Below are positions 57,421 through 64,000 of a stretch of 64,000 nucleotides of DNA, piece after piece (the first letter of the stretch is position 1; each line of letters opens with the position of its first letter). A program made the position numbers and the translations under genes. The notes under the pieces were generated by a model. That model did not search any database and was not told the origin of the DNA. It worked only from the letters and a program-made list of their open reading frames with translations. Source of the DNA: an uncultured Methanosarcinales archaeon (GTDB taxonomy: Archaea > Nanobdellota > Nanobdellia > Woesearchaeales > CAYVYK01); the NCBI GenBank assembly GCA_964455675.1, contig CAYVYK010000002.1, positions 71,791 through 135,790 of the forward strand, written 5' to 3'.

Positions 57421-60400
57421 TTAGACAAATTTTTCGATTTCAGAAGGGTCATGACCATTACGTAAGAGCGAGATCTTTATCTGGACATCATCTAGTCCCT
57501 GATCCCGGAGCTGTGCTATTTCCTCGAGGATGTTCATCTTCTTCTGGAGTAGTCCCGAGAGTATGCCTTGCGCTGGCTTCTTGATTGGTGACGTAACTGT
57601 CGGAGGGAGAATACTTGGCGGCTGTGCATGGCTCCGGTCCACGTCAGCAAGAGTCTTGAGCCTGTCAATCTGCTGTTCGAGTCCGCTTCTTTTTTGGTCC
57701 TTGAGTAGCGCCATGATGCCGGAGTTTTTCTTGCCCTCGTTTCCGAAGAGATGGTAGACAATGTAGACAAGGACCCCTGCAATGAGGAGCATCACTACGC
57801 TAGAAAGCAGGATATCAATGGGGTCTAATCCTTCATCCGTCAGTGGTATTTCTGGCGGCAGTGATGGCGTTGGAATGTATGCTGGATTTTCTGTATCAGG
57901 GACAGGCAGCGGTCTTGCGGTGATGGCAAACACGCTAAATCCCGGTGATTGTGCGACGTAGTAAACGCTCGAGAGTCCTTCGCCAATAATCTCTGTAGGC
58001 AATTCAGTCCAAGTTCCAGAGAGCCTTCGCAGTGTGACGGTATTTTTATCCAAGTTATTGCCTCGTAGCCATTCTTTGTTGACCTTGAAATGCACAGAGA
58101 GTTTTGCGATCTTATCCGCTGCAATGCCTGTTGTGGAAACACTGACATATTGATAGATCTGGCCTTCGGGCGGTGATGTGCCGATCGGTAGCTGTCCGAG
58201 CTGTGTGGTGAGTGTGTTTGGGCCAAGTGATCCTTTCACGGTCACATTGTATCGCGTGAAGCACGCGCGGGCGTCTGACACCATGAATTCGTAGGTATTG
58301 TTGCGGAGAGGATCATCACCGCCTCCACCGCTGCCTCCGCCACCGCTGCCTCCGCCACCGCTTCCACCACCGCTGGGACATGATCCGCAATGTCCCCCGC
58401 AGTCAACTCCTGTTTCATCACCATTCTTCCTGCCATCTGTACATGAGGTGATGCTAAAGATATATGTTCGAAGCATAACGTGCTGTCCTGACGAGTTGTC
58501 AACTGCTCCGATCTGGAAGCTTGATGTTTGCGGGTATGTGAGATTGGTCCATTTCCAGGAACATTTCTTCGTCTCATTGTACTGGTAACAGTCTCCTGAG
58601 AGATTGCTTCCGTGCAGCACGGTAATAACCACATTGGCAACGCGTGAATAATCGTGGAGTGTGATGTTCACGTGCTGCCACGTCTCATCAGGAAGATGGA
58701 CATCATGGTCATAGCTGATGTCCTCTACTGTCGGAGCTAAGGTGTCGTTGACATAGACGGTAGCGGTATCAGGTATGGTACGTTGTCCACCACTCAAGTT
58801 GAGCTCCACGGTATAGTGCCCGACACGCTCGTATCGTTTCACGGGGTCTTTGAGCCCGGATGTTGTTCCATCGCCGAATTCCCAGACATAATCAAATTGA
58901 TCGTCGTCTTCAACATCAACGACTTGCCCGTCGAAATCATTGTCTTCTCCCGCTTCGAGAACCTCTCCGTTATTAGGTCTCTTGATATCCAGTGTGTAAA
59001 TAGGGTTTTGATCGACGGTAAACTGCTGTGATGCGGATTGCGCATAGTTCCACGCTTCATCCCACGCATTGATGGAATACGCGATTGTTTTTGACTGCGT
59101 GACATATTGTGAAGAGATCTCACTTGTATAGCGTAATCCTGAGAGGCTCATACTTTGATTCTGCCATTGACCCGTGTGATTGCTTCGGAGTATAATTCTG
59201 CTGCTGTTGCGACTTGCATCCGTGACGTTCGCGCGTATCGTGACTGTGCTTCCAGGGAATACCACCATCGGTGTTCGCTCTATGTGCGTGATCGTTGGCG
59301 TGGTTTTGTCAACAGTGAATTCGACATTCGCCGTCTCGAAATTACCGGCAGTGTCATTTGCATAAAATATCAGGTTGTAATTCCCGTCGGAATATACGGC
59401 CGTAGAGACATTAATTGAGTCCCTCCATGTGTAGGTAGTTGTCGTAGGATTTATGCTGCCTGTCTGGATGAGCGTCGAACCTCTACGGACAGAATATGTG
59501 GTTGATTCAAGGAAGGGATCGCTCACCGTCGCGGACATCTGGTAGGAATTCTTGTACACCGATCCGCTCCTTGGAGTTGAGATCTGTATCGTTGGTGCGG
59601 TATGGTCTCCTGGCAAGTCTTGGCAATTCACATTACATGACCCTCCGCAGTCCACACCCTCCTCATCTCCATTCTGCTCACCATCGTTGCACGACGTGAC
59701 AAGGAATGATCCTTGGAATACAAGTACATGATCCGGGTCGAGTGCCTCGTATGCCTGGATTCTGAATGCCTTCACGCCAATGCTTGGGAATCCTCCGTAC
59801 GTCCAAGTGCAATTGTGTCTCTTGCCTTGTTCAAGCGCTGTGCAGACGCTTGGCAAATAGCTATCCTTTGTGATATTCATTGTGACATTGGCTATGCCGC
59901 TATAATCAAAGATAGATACGAAAACAGCCTGGTTGATGTCGCTTTCATTGTGGAGAATGCTCAAGAAATCGATGTCTTGGATAACGGGCGCTCCCGTATC
60001 TGCCGCGGTCACAACGACGCTCGCGTTTCTGCATGTGTATGGGTCACACACGTTGAAATGCACAAGATATGTCCCAGGAGTCATGAATGTGTGATTGACG
60101 CGCATTCCAGGTACTGGGTAGACAAGATCTGCAAAGAGCCACTGCGTGGTGAGAGGGTCTAGGTCAAGGTTGCTCACGGTTCCTTCAAAAGTGGCGATGG
60201 CTCCAACTTCTAAAGTTGCGCCGTATTGGGGCTGGAGAATGGTTGGATTCGGAGGGCTGTTCTCGACATCTATAGTATTGACAATGGTGCTGTTCGTATT
60301 ACCCGCGATGTCGGATGCGTGATATCGGTAGTAGAGTTTTCTTCCTCTGCTGAGGTTTGAGATCGTCGCGTTGAATTCATCGTACATGGTGTCATACAGC

Positions 60401-62859
60401 ATGGTGACGTTTGTCCATCGTCCGCTGTTATTACACTCAAACATTGCTCCTGTGATGTTCAAGTTCGTGTCCGTAGCCTTCATGCTAAATGATGCGTTTC
60501 CTCCCGCCTGTACTGCTGTGTGGTTTGTCTCAAGTATTTCTGGCGATGTGGTATCCACGAAGAATTCGGAAACGTTTGACGCATGATTATTGTCTGAGTC
60601 GTTCGCGAATGCGAAGAAGACGTGCTTTCCTTCGCGAAGGACGCCAACATCGACGGTAGCGTTCCATTTGAATTGGTTTGCATTGATGTTTTTTGTGATA
60701 TTGCTCTGTAGGACGTGATGCGTCGCGTTGCTGATGTTGTAGAATGATACGCGTAGATTCTGTGCTGCGATGAGAACAAGCATGGTGAAATTGTTGCGGT
60801 AGTGCGCACCGTCCCGCGGCTGCATGATGATAACGCTGATTGGTGTGTTCTGGAATACCACTTGGCGCGTGATCGTCTGCACTTGTTGTCCCGCGGCGTC
60901 ATATCCGTAGCATTTGTACTCATACCGTCCGCTGAGAAGTGCTACTGTTCCCTCAAACACGCTTGCAGATGTCTTCGTGAGTGTCACGTTGGTCGGGGTT
61001 CCTCCTCCAATAGGAGAGAAAGCGAGAGTTGCGCTCGCCAGCGGTAGATTTGACTGCACGGCGAAGTATGCGGATCCGCTCGCGCTTCCACCGTCAGGGA
61101 TGCTGTTCTGTGTGAAGACGAGGCTGAGGTTGGTAATGTCAGCAAGGACATCAACTCTGCGTGCGGTGACTGTTCCCATCGGCCGATTGTCGTGGATTTG
61201 TGGCCCTCGTGTCTTGAGCTTGTCTTTTACTTCATTGACGGTGAGGTCTCGCCCATATGTTTTGGTCCAGTAGTTCTGGAGGAGCGCGACAGCTCCAGCG
61301 ACAGTTGGGGTTGCCATGCTCGTTCCTGAGCAAGTCATGAGTGCCCCGCTGCAACCCTGGCATAGGCATCCTGACATCGCGCTGCTTCGAAGTGATACAA
61401 TATCGCTTCCTGGCGCAAAGACTGTCATGATACTCGCTACGTTCGAGTAGCTTGCGACGATGTCTGATTTGGATGTTGCCCCGACTGATACTGCGTTTTG
61501 AACGCACGCCGGCGAGGCTATGGCGTCAACCCATCCATTATTTCCGGTGGCAATGACGACGGAGATATTTTTTGCTGTGGCGGCATTGATTGACGCGGCC
61601 ATTGCAGGATACTGCGAATCGCAATATCCGTAATGATGATTTCCGCCAACGCTCATGCTGATGACTGAGATATTGAATTCCTCGGCGTGTGTCGCGCACC
61701 AGTCAAGTCCTTCTTCAACGTACGGGCAGTCTGAACTGCCGCAGATTCGTACAGCGACAATTTTTGCTCCGGGTGCAACTCCTCGGTACGTGGGGTGCGT
61801 TCCGGCGATAATTCCAGCGCAGTGCGTTCCGTGTCCATTCGTGTCTTGCGGATCATTATCATTACCAACAAAGTCATATCCCCCGATCACCTTGCTGCAT
61901 CCTCCGCTCACCGTTTCCTGAACACTGTTCGTGATCTGGTCAATCCGGAATCCGTAATCGTTCACATAGGTATCAGTGATCATTTGTACATTGACAACGC
62001 TTCCAGGAACTGTTTGCGACCAAAAGTCGCCAAGGCTTCCATGGTATGTCGCGACGAGGTTGTTGCCCGCATCGTATAATTTTACGTAGTCGTACCCTGT
62101 TTCTGTGGCAAAGTCCGAGAAGTGCACAGAAATTTTCTGCCAGCCAGGTCGTGATATTTGGAATGAATAGGTGTGGCTGTTGAGGTAGGGATGTTCCGTT
62201 TCCCGAGCAGGCAAAACGTTCTCGATTGTTCCATTCGCTACCCGAATGACTTGCTGCCCAACGCTGCTGCACCCGCCAAGGTTTGGATGCGTGTAATCAA
62301 CGCCGGTGTCAACGACGCACACGACTTGCCCCGTCCCATTGATCCGCTCATTGCCCACGCGGTAATCCCAGACGTCGTTGGCATTGATGAGGGGAACGCT
62401 CTGTGCAAGCAGTGTCTGGTACGTGTGCTTCTTGTACACTCCCTTAACGTGCGGATCCTGTGTAAGAATATTAAGACCTACTGCGGTTATTGTTCCGCTA
62501 AAACCAGCGCTGGATCCCCTCTTGTACTCGAGATTGAAGTCAGAGGACGATCCAAACGTAATGGTTTCACCCGTGGAAACGCGAAGGTTTCGAAGCACTC
62601 TGTCGCGTTGGCTGTTAAGCCATAAGAGTTCCTTGTCTTTTCGCATTAGCAATGAATCTGTGCTTGTTGTCTGCAATTGTTCTGGGGGAGATTCCTCATT
62701 CACGACAACTTCCACGCGTGCCACGCCGTCTCGCAGAAGATCATCATGCACTTCATCGTCAACGTGCGCAGCGCTCGCAATTGGCAGCAGAGCTATGAAA
62801 AAGGCTACGAATACTGTTCCCACAAGATAGTGTGGGCTTCCCCCCGATGTATTCCTCAT
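57421..62859 (-). CDS. Large S8 subtilisin-like surface protease with CUB insert, Ig/PKD repeats, PGF-pre-PGF domain and TM anchor
   Basis: Catalytic triad VVDTG, HGTHCAG, GTSMATP; PKD WEFGDG; YYVAQSPGFSVFAI; signal peptide and C-terminal TM. Confidence 0.9.
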   Translation of the reverse strand: MRNTSGGSPHYLVGTVFVAFFIALLPIASAAHVDDEVHDDLLRDGVARVEVVVNEESPPEQLQTTSTDSLLMRKDKELLWLNSQRDRVLRNLRVSTGETITFGSSSDFNLEYKRGSSAGFSGTITAVGLNILTQDPHVKGVYKKHTYQTLLAQSVPLINANDVWDYRVGNERINGTGQVVCVVDTGVDYTHPNLGGCSSVGQQVIRVANGTIENVLPARETEHPYLNSHTYSFQISRPGWQKISVHFSDFATETGYDYVKLYDAGNNLVATYHGSLGDFWSQTVPGSVVNVQMITDTYVNDYGFRIDQITNSVQETVSGGCSKVIGGYDFVGNDNDPQDTNGHGTHCAGIIAGTHPTYRGVAPGAKIVAVRICGSSDCPYVEEGLDWCATHAEEFNISVISMSVGGNHHYGYCDSQYPAMAASINAATAKNISVVIATGNNGWVDAIASPACVQNAVSVGATSKSDIVASYSNVASIMTVFAPGSDIVSLRSSAMSGCLCQGCSGALMTCSGTSMATPTVAGAVALLQNYWTKTYGRDLTVNEVKDKLKTRGPQIHDNRPMGTVTARRVDVLADITNLSLVFTQNSIPDGGSASGSAYFAVQSNLPLASATLAFSPIGGGTPTNVTLTKTSASVFEGTVALLSGRYEYKCYGYDAAGQQVQTITRQVVFQNTPISVIIMQPRDGAHYRNNFTMLVLIAAQNLRVSFYNISNATHHVLQSNITKNINANQFKWNATVDVGVLREGKHVFFAFANDSDNNHASNVSEFFVDTTSPEILETNHTAVQAGGNASFSMKATDTNLNITGAMFECNNSGRWTNVTMLYDTMYDEFNATISNLSRGRKLYYRYHASDIAGNTNSTIVNTIDVENSPPNPTILQPQYGATLEVGAIATFEGTVSNLDLDPLTTQWLFADLVYPVPGMRVNHTFMTPGTYLVHFNVCDPYTCRNASVVVTAADTGAPVIQDIDFLSILHNESDINQAVFVSIFDYSGIANVTMNITKDSYLPSVCTALEQGKRHNCTWTYGGFPSIGVKAFRIQAYEALDPDHVLVFQGSFLVTSCNDGEQNGDEEGVDCGGSCNVNCQDLPGDHTAPTIQISTPRSGSVYKNSYQMSATVSDPFLESTTYSVRRGSTLIQTGSINPTTTTYTWRDSINVSTAVYSDGNYNLIFYANDTAGNFETANVEFTVDKTTPTITHIERTPMVVFPGSTVTIRANVTDASRNSSRIILRSNHTGQWQNQSMSLSGLRYTSEISSQYVTQSKTIAYSINAWDEAWNYAQSASQQFTVDQNPIYTLDIKRPNNGEVLEAGEDNDFDGQVVDVEDDDQFDYVWEFGDGTTSGLKDPVKRYERVGHYTVELNLSGGQRTIPDTATVYVNDTLAPTVEDISYDHDVHLPDETWQHVNITLHDYSRVANVVITVLHGSNLSGDCYQYNETKKCSWKWTNLTYPQTSSFQIGAVDNSSGQHVMLRTYIFSITSCTDGRKNGDETGVDCGGHCGSCPSGGGSGGGGSGGGGSGGGGDDPLRNNTYEFMVSDARACFTRYNVTVKGSLGPNTLTTQLGQLPIGTSPPEGQIYQYVSVSTTGIAADKIAKLSVHFKVNKEWLRGNNLDKNTVTLRRLSGTWTELPTEIIGEGLSSVYYVAQSPGFSVFAITARPLPVPDTENPAYIPTPSLPPEIPLTDEGLDPIDILLSSVVMLLIAGVLVYIVYHLFGNEGKKNSGIMALLKDQKRSGLEQQIDRLKTLADVDRSHAQPPSILPPTVTSPIKKPAQGILSGLLQKKMNILEEIAQLRDQGLDDVQIKISLLRNGHDPSEIEKFV

Positions 62860-63221
62860 TTGGTTTTCAGCGCGTCTTGGATCACATGCGAGTCCCATCC
62901 AAGGCCGAGGAGCGATACGGTGATTTCCTGGTCGCTCTTGCCATGGATTCGCATGTTGGATATCTCTGTCCGAAGGACGTCGATAACTTCGTATTGCCTG
63001 ATGAGTTCTTCGGATTTCTGTTTTTTCTTGACGTCGTCCTTGCTCCAGAGTTTTATGTTGCCGCTATGTACCCACAAGAGCACGACCCCTCCGGCAACGA
63101 TCATAAGGATTATCATTCCATAAAAGAGCATGTTTCCGCCCGCTGAGTCGGTGCCGCTCATCCAGTACAAGAATGCTAAGATAGGAATGAGCAACCCAAT
63201 CAGGTAATATTTTTTATCCAT
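62856..63221 (-). CDS. Small two-TM membrane protein with C-terminal helical domain
   Basis: 121 aa, ATGA-coupled to the subtilase; tail ISNMRIHGKSDQEITVSLLGLGWDSHVIQDAL. Confidence 0.75.
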   Translation of the reverse strand: MDKKYYLIGLLIPILAFLYWMSGTDSAGGNMLFYGMIILMIVAGGVVLLWVHSGNIKLWSKDDVKKKQKSEELIRQYEVIDVLRTEISNMRIHGKSDQEITVSLLGLGWDSHVIQDALKTK

Positions 63222-63317
63222 CTTCCCGTCGTAAACCGCCCTTCTGCCTATATATACTTTGCGATTCCGGTACGATGACCTTCATGTTTTTATACCAGCA
63301 ACCGATTTTGATACGGC

Positions 63318-63782
63318 ATGCTAAGTAAGGAATTTCGTGCCGCTCTGAATGTTCTTCATGACGCGCTTAGGAAGACGGGAATCTCTTGGACGGTCATTGG
63401 GAGCACAAACATGTGCCTCCAGGGCATGGACGTGACTCCCCATGATTTGGATATCGTGGTTTCTCTGAGTGACTTACGAAAACTGCCAGGTATCTTTTCG
63501 AAGTGTCAACCAAGCCCAATTCGGAAGCTCGATCCACTGGGTGACGATGAGCGATGGGAAGTGAAGTTCCACATCGGGGATGTTGAAATTCAGGCGATCG
63601 GTGAGAAGGATTCTGGCGGGTACTTGCGAAGGATTGCTGCAGGCCGCATAGTGAAACTCCCACTCGACAGAATTGTTCTGCAATGCTTCATGCTTGACGC
63701 GGAAGCTATGGCGTACGAAGAGATGAAGCGTGAGAGCAAGTCTCGCATGATTCGAGATTTCTTGAATATGCAGAACAGGTAA
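63318..63782 (+). CDS. Nucleotidyltransferase superfamily protein
   Basis: WTVIGS...LQG.DV.PHDLDI (GS...DxD motif). Confidence 0.75.
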   Translation: MLSKEFRAALNVLHDALRKTGISWTVIGSTNMCLQGMDVTPHDLDIVVSLSDLRKLPGIFSKCQPSPIRKLDPLGDDERWEVKFHIGDVEIQAIGEKDSGGYLRRIAAGRIVKLPLDRIVLQCFMLDAEAMAYEEMKRESKSRMIRDFLNMQNR

Positions 63783-63845
63783 TCGAAAGATCTCTTTGTA
63801 AGAACCAATCAAGCATCAAGATAAGAGCGCATCGCATGATGCTAT

Positions 63846-64000
63846 CTAGATAAACAGCTTCACGAAAACAAGTGTGAAGAGCAGGCTGAGTACGACGATC
63901 GCAGCGATGAACCAGACCATGTTCTTGAATATTCTTGATGCCGCCTCTTGACTTATGGTATCGATCCGGTGGCCCATGTCCTCAAGCAGGTGGTTGTAGA
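63846..64000 (-). CDS. C-terminal fragment of a membrane protein (runs off the window)
   Basis: ...YNHLLEDMGHRIDTISQEAASRIFKNMVWFIAAIVVLSLLFTLVFVKLFI*. Confidence 0.55.
   Translation of the reverse strand, partial: YNHLLEDMGHRIDTISQEAASRIFKNMVWFIAAIVVLSLLFTLVFVKLFI

Noticed and set aside
1..64000. tRNA, rRNA, transposase, integrase or reverse transcriptase genes
   Set aside because: None recognised by eye; tRNAscan-SE and Infernal would be needed to exclude them formally.

Overview
This is a gene-dense archaeal chromosome segment. A DPANN lineage such as Woesearchaeota is the most likely source, inferred from gene content, the tandem Lrp regulators, TATA/GGAGGTG signals and many lineage-specific ORFans; no database search was run. 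Core genes: psmB next to aCPSF1/FttA, and the gins15-(Nudix)-L44e-S27e-aIF2a-nop10 cluster. Other housekeeping genes: ParA, PepF, MutY, AmmeMemoRadiSam, IlvE, MPG, YjbQ, CYTH, an ABC exporter, riboflavin genes (ribK/ribC/ribH), purine genes (purN-like, purB, split purH) and a CoaD-CoaE-HD triple fusion. Two giant membrane-anchored surface enzymes flank the window: a >3347-aa multi-glycosidase-like protein with 30 Cys-rich repeats, and an ~1812-aa subtilase. Both end in the same ~35-aa cytoplasmic domain, which also occurs in a small partner protein. Several short genes are missing from the ORF track: a 13-aa Lys-rich peptide with its own promoter and SD, nop10, a 55-aa lipoprotein and a 30-aa membrane peptide heading a pilin-like operon. 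One pilin-like paralog appears to start at ATA. No tRNA, rRNA, CRISPR array or transposase was recognised.
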